From Octopus vulgaris (taxonomy: Eukaryota), in NCBI GenBank assembly GCA_951406725.2, contig OX597815.1, positions 70,556,001 through 70,620,000 of the forward strand: a DNA stretch of 64,000 nucleotides, read 5' to 3'. Shown here one piece after another: positions 48,301-60,399 of the stretch (position 1 is its first letter; each line of letters opens with the position of its first letter). The position numbers were made by a program, and so were the translations under genes. Below the pieces are notes generated by a model. It made no database searches and was not told where the DNA came from. It worked only from the letters and a program-made list of their open reading frames with translations.

Positions 48301-50786
48301 TTACTGGAACTATGTGTGGTATTAGTGAGTTATTTAGGATTCCCACGGGTTCAGCAATACTGAACTTGCAACGTTTCATCCCGTTGATGTATGGGCCTGG
48401 GTTTTTGATGATTTTCCATGAGATCGGGTATGGTGTCCCTTCGTCTCTTAGTTGCCAGACGTGATTGGCCAGTGATGTTACGCATCTCCTTTCTGGAACT
48501 CTGAGGGAGGACAAATGTTTGGAAAGACGTTGCTTGAGAGAATTTTCAGTACATCCCACATATTTCGTGGGCACATGCTGTTGCTGCAGTTGTTGTTGCT
48601 GCTACTGGTGGTGTTGGTGTTTGCGTCGCTGGGGGTGGGGGTGGTGATGGTCTCGGTAATATTTTCGCCCCTGCACGTATTGCTGGTGCTGTACCTGTTG
48701 TTGCTGTTGCTGCAATTGCTGCTGTTGCTGGTGTTGTTGGAACCGGGGTTGCTGATGCTAGCGATGGTGGTGGCGTCGATAGTGCTATCGGCACTGCCGG
48801 CTATGGAGAAGGCGCTTTGCTATTAATAATGTTGCTGCTGCTGTTGTCGCTATAGCCGGTGATGGTACTGGACCTGTTGCTGCTGCTGCTGTAGTGGCTA
48901 CCAGGTCTGTCACTGTGGACGTTGTCAGGTCTGGCACCGTGGACGTCAGGGAAACAATTGGTAAGGCTAGTGTTGATGGCGATGCTGCTGCTGTTAGCGA
49001 TGCCGCTGTTGTTGTTAGTGATGCTGCCGTCCACTGTGGAGGTGGTAGCGGTGCTGTTGGCTCTGTTCCCATGTCAACGGCTGCTATCGCCTCTGCCAGT
49101 GGTAATGGTATGACTTGCAAGAACCTCGGCTTGATAGACAACCCCTTTGGTTTCGCAGCGGTCTCCTACCGGGCAACTGCTGCGGTTCCTGCATGAACAA
49201 CCTGCCTCTTCCTGTGCTTTAGGGGCGCTAACTAGGATGCTCTTAATGTAGGAGGCGCAGCTAAGCAAGACCATAACGTTCTACCTGTTGAAAACGGGCC
49301 CGTACCTATGGGAGCTAGTGAAATGCTTGTCTATTAAGTTAAGGAATAGTCTACGGGTGTTATTGTGCTATGGGAGTGATGGGGGGGGGGGTGAGTTAAC
49401 CAAATTGTATTTCTGCGGCTGTTGGGTTCTGGCATGTTGTAGACGCAGTCCGTAAACCCGCTGGCAGTCAGGGCCTCGTTATAAGTACGGGGCTGCTGCG
49501 TCGAATGCCTTTTAGTTAGAGGAAGGCTCGAAATCCTCTTACTAACACTCTTTATCAGGTTCTTGAATACAATGGATGGGTGAAAGGAGGCTGTGTTGTT
49601 GTACGATAGTCTCGTTTGGTTTGCGGTAGGACCTATAAGTACCGGAGCCCAGGTCGAGCGTGATGTCTAAGAAGTTCGCTGTTGTGGGGTTGGTCTCTAT
49701 GATGATCTTCAAACCCAAGGACGCAAGCGTGCTGATTAACTCTTTCCTAAGCCTGTCTTGTGTATGGCCGCTTGAACCACTAGAGATGACCAGGGCGTCA
49801 TCTCTCTAGAGGCCAAAGAGGAACTTTTTTTTTAGGGTATCTAGGATATATAACCCGATGATGTCGCATATGTTAGCGCTGTCGTAGGCTCCCATTACTA
49901 CGTCAAAGGAGCCCACGAGGTCGGATTGCTTGACCCCAGCCGAACGTTTGTTGAACAACACTGTCTCCCTAGCATGCATGGTAATCTCCACATCTCTGTC
50001 GCTAATGCTAGTGAAGCTCCTAGCCTTGGTCTGTAGCCCTTTTGATATAGACGGGTAAAAATCGACTTTATTAAATTGGGTGAACCTTGCCTTGCTTCTT
50101 CCCTTGTTGGTGTGAAACCATGCTGTCACTTCGATGGTGCTGCGCCACGGGGAAAGGTTGGTGGCTCTCTGTACGCTGTTATTGATATCTCTCAATATGT
50201 GTTTGCTCGCCAGACCGATCTCGGATTTGGCCGGATTGATTAGGCGGTATTTAGGGTTTGAGGCAAAGTTCGGTTTATGATCATTTAATGTGATGAAAGC
50301 GTTTCTTTTAGCCAGAATCTCTATTCTATCTGCTATCTCTAGTTTGTTAGCTAATTTTTTGGCTTTACTGTTGATGTCGTAATATGTGTGTGGGGGAGCG
50401 CGCCTATATTTTTGTGGGACGTTATTTTCTAGCGGTCTATCGTATTTCGGAGTGTCTAATCTGGATAAATTTTTCGTCTTATCGGAGACGATTAGGGACC
50501 TATCTGAGTTTTTTTTAACAATCTAATATCGGCTCGGAGCTTACGTTGAAAGGAGGAAGAGGATTTACGGAACTACGGTTTTGGGATGATACCCAGTAGG
50601 TCCACCTTGAATGGTTCGAGGTCCTTGATTCTGGGCGGGTGTTTTCTCAATCTAATGCCGTAGTTGTTACCCTCCGGGGATGGTGTAGTTAGGTCGCAGT
50701 GGAAAGCCTTCCATCGCATGTGCCTAATCACATCCATTATCTTTTCCAGCAGCATGTAGGTGTATAGCTCGTTGGATGGTGTGGGG

Positions 50787-50790
<4 letters not shown>
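48300..50790 (-). mobile_element. Near full-length decayed Penelope-like element (RT plus GIY-YIG)
   Basis: N-terminal IPTPS...LLEKIMDVIRHMRWKAF. RT motifs RLINPAKSEIG, VDFYPSIS, FDVVMGAYDSANICDIIGLYIL, RDDAL, NFLDITLDL. CSCRNRSSCPVGDRC-GVVY...YVGCTENSLKQRLSKH. 5' end abuts (TA)n. Confidence 0.92.
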
Positions 50791-50821
<31 letters not shown>

Positions 50822-50830
<9 letters not shown>

Positions 50831-51461
50831 GGGAGAGGCCGGTTTATGGTGTTACCCTAGGTTTCTCGTCCGCAAGGAGTTTGGCCTTACGGCGTATCGT
50901 TAGATCCCAAACCTCTTGGCCTAGGATCTCTTTGGACCCCGACTAAGATTTCCCGAAATTGGTTCACCATCTCTTCTGAAACTGTTGGTCGTCTAGATCC
51001 TTTTTTTCCGACACAAACAGCCTTCCTCTTGAAACTTCTTATGCTACGTCTAAATCTGAAAATTTCCATATTTATAGGAGACCCGTGATTTCCGTAAAAT
51101 ATGTAGAAGCGCGGCGCTGGTCAGCTATCTATTAGAAACTACGTGTTAAATGTGAAAAATTCTGGCCAAGGAGCGAAAAAGATCGTTTGTATAAAAAGAT
51201 AAATCAGGAGAAGCACACACTCAGATGTAGAGCAGTTAATATTACAATGGGCAAGGCCAGCTTATGGGGTTACCCTGGGTTTCTCGTCCATAAGGGGTTA
51301 GCCAATGTCAAAGGAAGATAATTAGCTTCCTAGCAAGGCATTTCTCCCTCCGTATTTTGAAGAGATCTTAGGCCAAGAGGTTTGGGGTCTAACGATACGC
51401 CGTAAGGCCAAACTCCTTGTGGACGAGAAACCTAGGGTAACACCATAAACCGGCCTCGCCC

Positions 51462-51470
<9 letters not shown>
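50822..51470. mobile_element. (TA)n-flanked pseudo-LTR-like module with ~110-bp inverted arms
   Basis: 50822-50932 is the reverse complement of 51360-51470; a third, older partial copy lies at ~51240-51305. Confidence 0.8.
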
Positions 51471-51501
<31 letters not shown>

Positions 51502-52129
51502 AGAGTGTCCCAAAATATTCGACATCATTTCATCATCTAATAACGCAAACAATTTTCATCGAAATTGTCTCAAATTTTAGCAGTATGTCTCGAATTCAAT
51601 ACATTTAAAAAATATAATCTTTAGTATGTTTTTCTTTTCAGGATTAGTCATGCCGTTTACTGCAACAGGAAATGTGTTTTGTGTATTGAAGTATGTCAAA
51701 ACTCAGTCAAATGTGAATGTGCAACATGTATTTGTTAGAAGATTTCATAAACAAGCGCCAACAGGGAAGCAGATTTAGACGTAGCATAAGAAGTTTCAAG
51801 AGGAAGGCTGTTTGCGTCGGAAAAAAAGGATCTAGACGACCAACAGTTTCAGAAGAGATAGTGAACCAATTTCGGGAAATCTTAGTCGGGGTCCAAAGAA
51901 ATCTGTGCGAAGAGCAAGCCTGGAAACTCGGATCTCCAAGTCAACTGTTTGGCGTGTCATAAGAATACGCTTGCGGCTGACCCCCTACAAGCTTCAGCTT
52001 GTGCAGACTTTAAAGTCTTTTGACAAGCAAGAGCATAAAACGTTCTGTGAAGATATGCAAGAGAAACTTGAAGGTGACGACTTTGAAAACCGTCTTATTT
52101 TCAGCGACGAGGCCACATTCCATACGAAT

Positions 52130-54798
52130 TATTTTTAATTAACCAAAAAGGTCAAACATAGATGGGACAGACAAGAGGTCGAGGGATCGAATGAGACACA
52201 ATGAATTTTAAAATTATATGATAAAAGTATATGAAAAACGAATGAGACACCAATGAAGGAGTGAGGGACGGGTGTGACCCCCAGAAACCACGTTCCAAGA
52301 CTGATTTCTTTACGTGACCTTTATGTTCTCACTCAAGTTCACTCTCAACATATTTGCAACTTTCTTCCATCTTTTCTCATATTTATTGGATGGCAGGTCT
52401 CTCCTCTCCAGCCTTATTTTCCTCCTGAGATGGAAACAAAAGAAGTCCACCAATCTAAAGCCGGAGATGAAGGTGCTTGTCATGATTCCTTTCACTTGCG
52501 TCTTCCATACTTCCTCTTTCGCCATAGCCACTACGCAGAGGAAACACGCCTGCCCTTCCTTATTCAGAGAGGGCGGTGGAACAATCTTTATTATCGACTT
52601 GGTTGACAGTTGTACTCTTCCTAGACGTGATAACAGTTGTTCGACATAAATCCACATTTCCCAAAGTCTCGGACACTGCACAATTGCGCGCAGAACAGTT
52701 TCACTGCTCGCATCTTGGGCATGTGGGCGAAATTGAAGTGCCATGCTTGGCGAGTTTATCCCGAACTGGTAAGGCTCCTCGGTAATATTGCCATGCCAGG
52801 GACTTTTGAAAATTGTCCATAGGCCCTGGCTCGAATGTTCTCCGGAACATGCCGGCAAGTTGACTGCCAGCGAAATCCAAGGTTTCCCCTAGGGCGTCAT
52901 CACACTTGGCCTCTACCAACCTTGTATAGAACCCCCGTCTGGTAGGGAAGCACGAGTGCCTGACGATACTCGGTTTGCCACGCTCCCAACTTTGGTCTGC
53001 ACTTAATCCAAGGCTCCAGGTCACTGAAAGAAGTGAACTGAGGAAGCATCAGTTTGACGAACGGAGATCACACCCGCTCACCGTCCAGGTAGAGTTAAAT
53101 ATGCCTCAGCCTCAGCGCATTTTTAGCCACGGCATCCCCAGCTCACCCTTTAGCGGTTGTTGGCAGCAAATAGAGCGCCTTACAAGAGGTCCTCTGCCCT
53201 TCCACAGAAAGCGGAAGAGCAATCGTTCCAACTTTTTTAGCCACGAATCTGGGCAAGGCGCGATGGTTAGACAGTAAGTGATTATCGATGCGATAAACAC
53301 ATTTGCAACCTCCGCCTTCCCTTTCAGGATAGCCTTCGCTCAGACCAGGTCTGGGTTAGGAGATCCACCCTGCTTGTTACCTCGCTCTAGTTCTTCTCTA
53401 TCTGGAAGTCTAGACCAAACCAATTCCCTAGCATTTTCACCGGTCTGTCCGTCCAATGTCCGACGACGCTGTTGGGCGGCATCGACTTGCCTCTCCAGGT
53501 GCCGAGCTACAAGCCGACTGACTTATCCCAGTTAATTTTTGCCCCTACCACCGCTTCGTGATCCTTAATACCCACTGTAGGTGCTTACCTCGGATACGAT
53601 GACGGTGATGTACACATACGCCGTAACCGATCTTCCACACCTTAGATCTCGCGGGACTCCTCTCACAGCCTCCAATTTCCGTAGTAGAGGCTCGAGAGCC
53701 AATACAGACAACAGTGGGGAGGGATCTTTTCGGTTCGAACGGCAGTTTTTAACATAATTTCTTGGTAACTAAAAAATTTTAAACTTCGTATACTGGTAGA
53801 ATGTGTTTATAAAACATCTTTTTCTCTTGGCTTTATTGAGAAAATTCTATAGTTTGTAAGATATTTGTTGCTTTTTTTCAATTTCTGCAATTTCAACCAA
53901 TCACTGACGTCTATTGAGGTGAAAACATTCTGTGCCGTATGAATATGTCCCTCGTTTAAGAAACAGATTGGGTTTATTTACATTTTTGAAGAAAAAAGAT
54001 ACCCTTCCCCCCACCCCTAACCCTAACCCTAAAACAGATTGAAATGCAAAAGATCGATAGATACTAGGGTCATAATTATGGGTGACAATTTCATATGACA
54101 CCGCTAGAAAAAACTGCTGTTCAAACCGAAAAGATCCGGGGGAGAGAGGACATTTTTGATGGTCCGAACGCTCAATGCAGAACGGTTCCGAGAAGAAACT
54201 GTTCACTCGAACAATCGATTTGATGTTGCTGTGTAGAGCGGTGATCCACTCACAGAAGGTCGGACCAAACACGGCCACTGCGAGGACTGCCGCCAGATAC
54301 CGATGGTCAACCCTATCAAATGCTTTAGATTGGTCTAGTTGGATCAATGTTCCACCCTTGCCAGTAATTCTACTAACCCTCTCTAAGGTATAGCGTATAA
54401 GGGTTATACCTTATAGTGTATAAGGTGGAGAGCTGCCGGAAATGGCGCATATTTGTGCCTCCTCAATAAGTCTACCCACGACCCGCGCCAAGCTTTTTGC
54501 TAACACCTTGGCCAAAATCTTAAACCCTGCGTTAAGTAGAGTGATGCGCCAGCAATTATCGATTACATTCTCCTTGTTTGAGTCCTTTCTTAGCAGCACC
54601 ACAACCCCACTGCTAACAGATCAAGGTATAAACCCATTCTGCTGCCAGTTGGTGTAGTCGCATGCTAGCAGGTGCTCGAACAAGTATGTAATACTATAAT
54701 AAAGCTCGTAGAGCAGACCATCCAGTCACGGCGACTTGTCCTCGCCGCAGGCCGATAAGGCCTCCTCCACCTCCGCACTTGTGATCGGCCCTTCACAG
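52130..54798 (-). mobile_element. Tx1-clade LINE, 5'-truncated, with 14-bp TSD
   Basis: TSD CATTCCATACGAAT at 52116-52129 and 54799-54812. RT WRITLLNAGFKILAKVLA, LDQSKAFDRVDH, CPLSP, LFRFLWKG...GELGMP, YRGALPVRDKL..CPRC; A-rich 3' end. Confidence 0.93.
53722..54137. mobile_element. Non-autonomous TIR element with GGATC termini and internal (CCCTAA)n
   Basis: TIRs GGATCTTTTCGGTTCGAACGGCAGTTTT / AAAACTGCTGTTCAAACCGAAAAGATCC and 7-bp flanks TGGGGAG/GGGGGAG; splits the Tx1 CPLSP-LL motif. Confidence 0.9.
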
Positions 54799-55096
54799 CA
54801 TTCCATACGAATAGCTTGGTGAACAAACAAAATGTTCACATTTGGGGCGATGAAAATCCACATTATACAATTGAACACGAAAGGGACTCGCCAAAATTGA
54901 ATGTGTTCTGTGCCATCTCAAAGAACCGTGATAACTTTGGAACATTATAAAATTATCATCTCACAGAATTTTTTTGTTGGAAATCTGTAGAATAAAACTT
55001 ATGTTAAAAATTAAACCTATTAAGCTTCGTTTCTTTTGAGAATGTAGTCACTCAGATATGGACATCTCAAATGATGTCAAATTTTGGGGGACACAC

Positions 55097-55164
<68 letters not shown>

Positions 55165-55187
55165 ATATATGTATGTATATATATGTA

Positions 55188-55225
<38 letters not shown>

Positions 55226-55267
55226 CACACGAGTGTGTATATATAGCTGTACACACACACATATATG

Positions 55268-55314
<47 letters not shown>

Positions 55315-55483
55315 GTACATATATATGTATATTTATATGCATATATTTATTTGTATGTATGCATATCTGTCTGTCTATCTATCTATATTTGTATGTATAT
55401 ATAAGGATAAGCTCGATATTTAAATACCGATCTTATCAGGTGGCCAGCATGGGAATAAAAACCTTCAAAGGTAATAATTATTT

Positions 55484-55549
55484 AAAATTATAATTTTGGG
55501 TATCTAAGAGATACCACCACGCTGGTGGTATCTCTTAGATACCCTAAAT

Positions 55550-55558
<9 letters not shown>
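55484..55558. repeat. 75-bp hairpin next to (TA)n
   Basis: AAAATTATAATTTTGGGTATCTAAGAGATACCACCA-cgc-TGGTGGTATCTCTTAGATACCCTAAATTATAATTTT. Confidence 0.93.
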
Positions 55559-55618
<60 letters not shown>

Positions 55619-56575
55619 ATATATATATATGTGTGTGTGTGTGTTTATATGTGTGTGTGTGTTTGTGTGTGTGTGTGTATGCATGTATGTATATATATAT
55701 ATATAGCGTATCTGTCTATGTATTGTATACTTTTATCATAATTAACATCCCGTATTTCTTCCATTTACAGTCGCATAAAAAGGAAATTCCGTTTTTTCGC
55801 TCCAATATGAGTTTACTTTTGTTCTCTCAGAAAGTTTTATGTACAGGTATAAAGAAATATCATTGGATCCAGAGATGGAAATTTAACCAAAACATAGTGT
55901 AGTAGATATCTTTGTAAAAATGATATAAAGAACGCTTGGAGAACTCAATTTCTTTGGTTAGTTAATTAAGTCTTGTAAATAATAATTTAAACGCTGACTT
56001 GGGTTCTATTACAATCTATTATTACATTGGGGAATAATATATGTGAAAATAGTTTGTTGATAATGTATTTCATTCGGAAAATCATTTGAAAAATAAAGTG
56101 GTTTTAATAATAGAAGACTCTGAAGATACCATGATGAAAACGGAGTTTCGTCTCTCTTCAGTCGCAAAAATACCAAATAAATGATGAAAACATTGCTTTC
56201 ATTGTAAATCTAAAAAGAAATATGTCATGAAATGACATATTAAAGCAAAGACGAAGGCACACAACGATAAAAAATTTCTTTCTATAATGATTATATATTT
56301 TGAAACAGTTTATTAAATTATAACAGAAAAATATTGTGGCATATTTGAACCTAACTGCTAACATCTATGTTCTGTGTTGTGAGTAGTGCATGTGAGGTAC
56401 AGGCCAGATTTCTGGTCATTAAAACTGACTAAAGGTACACAATAATAACTTTATTTAACCATTTACATAAGAAAAATCATCAAAAATACAATTGTGTCAT
56501 TATTTAAGGCCAAAAATGATGTTTTTAGCAAAATATTAAGACAATATTTTTATCGACTCAAAACTGTTAGAAGAG

Positions 56576-57040
56576 AAAATGGCGGATCGGTATCTAAAAA
56601 TTGTGTTTGTTGGGGCAATCAGACCCCTTGTATCTGACTTGCATTGTCCTTTAAGAGAATAATTTTATAAAAAAATATACTAGATATTACTATTCTTTAA
56701 AATTACAACTTAAAAAATTTAGAACAAACAAATATAATGCTTAAAATTTAGTCTTGATTGTAGCCTACCCTGATTTTTCGGAGTAGACAACACAACATAT
56801 TTATGGTAATATTACATGCCAGAAGTGTCTCAGAAACAGAATTTCTACGGTAAAATGTAGCCACATGTCTTTTCTTTAGGTAATCAGTGAATTGGTTAGG
56901 TTTTGTTAAGAAGTTCCAGTAGTTTACACCAGAAACATATAGACAAAAAACACAGTTGTGATATTTCGGCTGCCATATTTGTAGTTGGTGGTCGCACTGT
57001 TGATGTGATTACTACTACGTCCGCGCACTTTGTATAAATA
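56576..57040 (+). promoter_or_regulatory. Histone H1 promoter
   Basis: YY1-like AAAATGGCGG 56576-56585, TG-box TGTGTTT 56602-56608, H1 (AC) box AAACACA 56948-56954, TATA box TATAAATA 57033-57040. Confidence 0.75.
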
Positions 57041-57184
57041 TGCGTTTAACGCGAGAACTGCCAAACTTGTGTTGATCACTTGACGTCTGTTCTTGCATTG
57101 CAAACTTGCTATCCGTCTTCGTAACCCGAATTCTGGTCCTCACCGAAGCATTTTCATTTTTTTACATCAATTAACTGATCAATC

Positions 57185-57760
57185 ATGTCTGACGCCGCTG
57201 CACCCGCCGCACCCGCTCCCGCTGCTCCCAAAGCTAAGAAAGCAAAGAAGGTGAAGAAAGCTTCGAGCCATCCTCCCTACATTGATATGATTAAGGAAGC
57301 CATTGTGAAGAGCGGAGAAAGAAAGGGTATCTCTCGTCAAGCGATCGTCAAATACATTGGAGCCAACTACAGTGTATCTATCCAAGATAATGTTATCCTG
57401 AAACAAATTAAATTGGCGATTAAGAGAGGTGTCACCAACAATGTTCTGAGACAGCTGAAAGGAACTGGAGCTTCTGGTTCTTTTAAAGTTGCTCCTGGTA
57501 AAAAAGAAGAAGCTAAGAAGAAAAAGAAGAAGCCGGCGGCCGCTAAACCAAAAGCGAAGAAACCTAAGACAGCCGCTAAGAAAAGTGGCGCCAAGAAAGC
57601 CGCTAAGAAACCAGCTAAGAAGGCAGCTAAGAAATCAGCCACGAAAGCTAAAAGTCCAAAGAAAGTTAAGAAGCCTAGTGTCAAGAAACCCGCTGTTAAG
57701 AAAACCGCCAAACCTGCCAAGAAGAAGCCTGTAAAGAAGGCCGCAGCCAAGAAGAAGTAA
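57185..57760 (+). CDS. H1: Linker histone H1 (H1.0/H5/H1-delta-like), 191 aa
   Basis: Intact single-exon ORF with an Ala/Pro/Lys N-tail, globular domain SHPPYIDMIKEAI...ERKGISRQAIVKYIGANY...KGTGASGSFKV and a Lys/Ala/Pro-rich C-tail containing SPKK. Confidence 0.98.
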   Translation: MSDAAAPAAPAPAAPKAKKAKKVKKASSHPPYIDMIKEAIVKSGERKGISRQAIVKYIGANYSVSIQDNVILKQIKLAIKRGVTNNVLRQLKGTGASGSFKVAPGKKEEAKKKKKKPAAAKPKAKKPKTAAKKSGAKKAAKKPAKKAAKKSATKAKSPKKVKKPSVKKPAVKKTAKPAKKKPVKKAAAKKK

Positions 57761-58479
57761 ATGAACTTTACAAAGAATATAAAAAAAAACTATTTATTAC
57801 AAGACTTGTAAATATCCAATTGTATAAAATGATTCTTGTCATTTAATACTTTAACACATTCATCATGCACCATTTCACTGTCGCCTCTGGCTTTTCTACC
57901 CCATCATGAACTTTTAAACATTTTCATCTGTATATATTCATTTGTCATTAATCAAATGTGTTTGAATAATTCTTAGTTCAGCCTCTGAACTTTTCAAATC
58001 ACTCGAATATTCATTTTAAAAGATATAAAAAATTCATTTAAATTAATAACTTTTTCTGTCTTTTTTTAAACTTTTGCATGCTATTCAAAGCTTGTTATTG
58101 CATTGTGGTTTTAGTTTTCAGAATTTCCAATTTATTTTATTTTTTTTGCAGACCAATTTTTATTTTCAGGGCATTTTATCGATGTTTTAGTTTAACAGCT
58201 ATATATCTATTTTTACATATTGTCGTTTGCGAAACCGCCAACCCTAATGGTGTAAGGGAGCCAACTGCATGAGTTGTCTGCACTGGGAAAATTACACGTT
58301 TTTGATTTCTAAAGTCCAGTTTTTTTTTGCATTTGTATGCTATTTGTTCGAAAAGTCAGGACTAGAATATAAAACAGCGGAACCGAAGTAATTCCCAAAT
58401 CTCCGTTCGTTGCGACTCACCAGCTGCTCCAATATGGCATGTCAAGGATCCGAGTTAGCCTGTAACGGACGTTGCGCGC

Positions 58480-59060
58480 TACTTGGGCAAGCGACTTAGC
58501 TAGCGGTAAAAAGCGTGTGGTGGTGAGGTAATTAGTATGTATACTCGTGGTTCACTAGCTTTGCTGATCATACATCCATGCACCTCCTTCATTCTGCGAA
58601 CAAGTACCTTTCACCAAGAAAATAGGACGGAGTTAGCTCTCATTCCGATTGTTTGATCTCGCTATTATCGACGAAAACACATCTTCACATTGCACTGGCG
58701 CCACATCCCAGTGGCAAGCGTTTTCTTTGTCCCCAGCAATTACTGATACCGAAAAGGCTCAGATCGAGCATATCTCTCAAATAGAACATGTAAAAAGGGG
58801 ACACTCAATCGTTGAAACGTCAGCCTCTGCCCCATAGGCTTGCTGCCTCCTCCCTGCTTCATCTGCCTCAGCTATAGTAGCCGCCGCTGCACCTCCGTTC
58901 CCGAACCACTTGTCTACTCTTTTCACTCTTGTATCGAAGTTCTTCAAACCTCTTATCACGTCTCATCCTTTTCTAGAACATCGTTCCTTTGGAATTTTCT
59001 GTTTATATTTTCCCTGCAGGTGTTGGCTGTCTTGAACGTGTAATGGCCAGTGTGCAAGTT
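58480..59060 (+). mobile_element. Very old Jockey/CR1-like LINE 3' fragment
   Basis: Remnants QPLPH.. and SSFSRTSFLWN..FP, similar to the SFFPRT..LWNSLP terminal motif. Confidence 0.5.
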
Positions 59061-60312
59061 TAGTCATAAAAAGCATTCCTCCAGAGTGTATATAAATGTA
59101 TTTATATATACATTTCCTTATCGAAGTTCAAAGCCTCAGTTTGACACTTAGCTTTGAATATTTGCGAGCTACCCAGTGTATTTGGTTATATTCCAGATAA
59201 TGTTTTAGACTATGAAATGTATCTAGTTTACTACCGTTAACGATATACGCAGTCATCGTAGCATTACATGTCTATATGCCGTAGTGAGTTAAGCAATAAA
59301 AATGAAAGGGAGATAATTCTCTATGCCCTGTACAGGTATTTCATTTCTTATTTATAATGTAAACTCGTACAAAGAGATTTAATTTTCATGCGACACATGA
59401 GAAAATGGATGGAAATATTGCGATCCTTGAGTCGAGTGAGTTAGAGGTAAGGCATTCGAAGGACGCAACACTGACAAATACTGGAGTACGTCCTCAAATG
59501 AAACATCCCAGTGCTAAGAAGATATATGCAGAAGGTAGTGATACCCCAGTACCCACAGTTTATGCATACGAAGGTAGACATGAAGTTGGCGCACACATGT
59601 GTATACACCAACGTCTTTAATGATGGGGCTGAGATTCGGAGATGCTAGCGGCAACACCATTTTTTTAATGTAGATACACATCGTGTATCATCTGACTCTT
59701 GCTTTATGTCGGCATGGGTTTGCAGGATCGTTACGGTCCGAGTCATTTCTTGGGTGCTACTGTTCATACTTGTGATATTGGCACGGTTTCTTCAGTCAAA
59801 TGACTAAGGTATCTTCGGCCTGAGTGTCAAGCAATCAGTCTGTCCATCCATCCACAACTTATACATCACACGCCCGAGTAAAAGTCAAAACCAAAGTAGA
59901 ACGAGTATCTCAAGTCATTTAGTATAGTTTAATTAGTTAAAATCCCAGGCACTTTGGCATCTTCTGAATGATGTATTCATATCGTAAAGGTTATGTATAC
60001 AGAGCGAGAAAGTATGATGGACATATTGGATTTTGTGAGTATGAGAGGAGATTAGAATAGGATAGTGGTAAAATGGGTAAGATGAGAATAAAACAAAAAT
60101 AAACTTGATATTCGTTTTGCCTTGGTTTGGATTTTCCCTCTATATATACATGCTATAACAGAACCCTAACACGTATCCCTAAGATCTAGCCTTAGCTGTG
60201 ATCTACGGAGCCTAATGGGCGACTATTCCACTTAGCGTACCTATTCGTTTAGATCACAAGCGATATAATGTATATATGTAATATATATATATACACAATA
60301 TATGTATATATA

Positions 60313-60357
<45 letters not shown>

Positions 60358-60399
60358 TGTGTACTATCGGGAAAACCGTATAATTTGATGATTTAATTA

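Larger units (their letters stand above)
51501..55097 (+). mobile_element. Tc1/IS630-like transposon interrupted by a Tx1 LINE
   Basis: TIRs CAGAGTGTCCCAAAATATTCGACATCATTT / AAATGATGTCAAATTTTGGGGGACACACG, TA-flanked. Transposase TPYKLQLVQ...IFSDEATFHT resumes after 54812 as LVNKQNVHIWG...ERDSPKLNVFCAIS. Confidence 0.9.

Noticed and set aside
51355-51408. TTGAAGA-stem-GATA-CGCCG-TA as a hammerhead
   Set aside because: Good stem II, but GAAA is replaced, extra bases intervene and stem I is absent; too degenerate to call.
54013-54032. Interstitial telomere
   Set aside because: Only about three CCCTAA units, internal to a TIR element.
57367-57750. 127-aa hydrophobic ORF on the minus strand
   Set aside because: Antisense shadow of the Lys/Ala-rich H1 tail.
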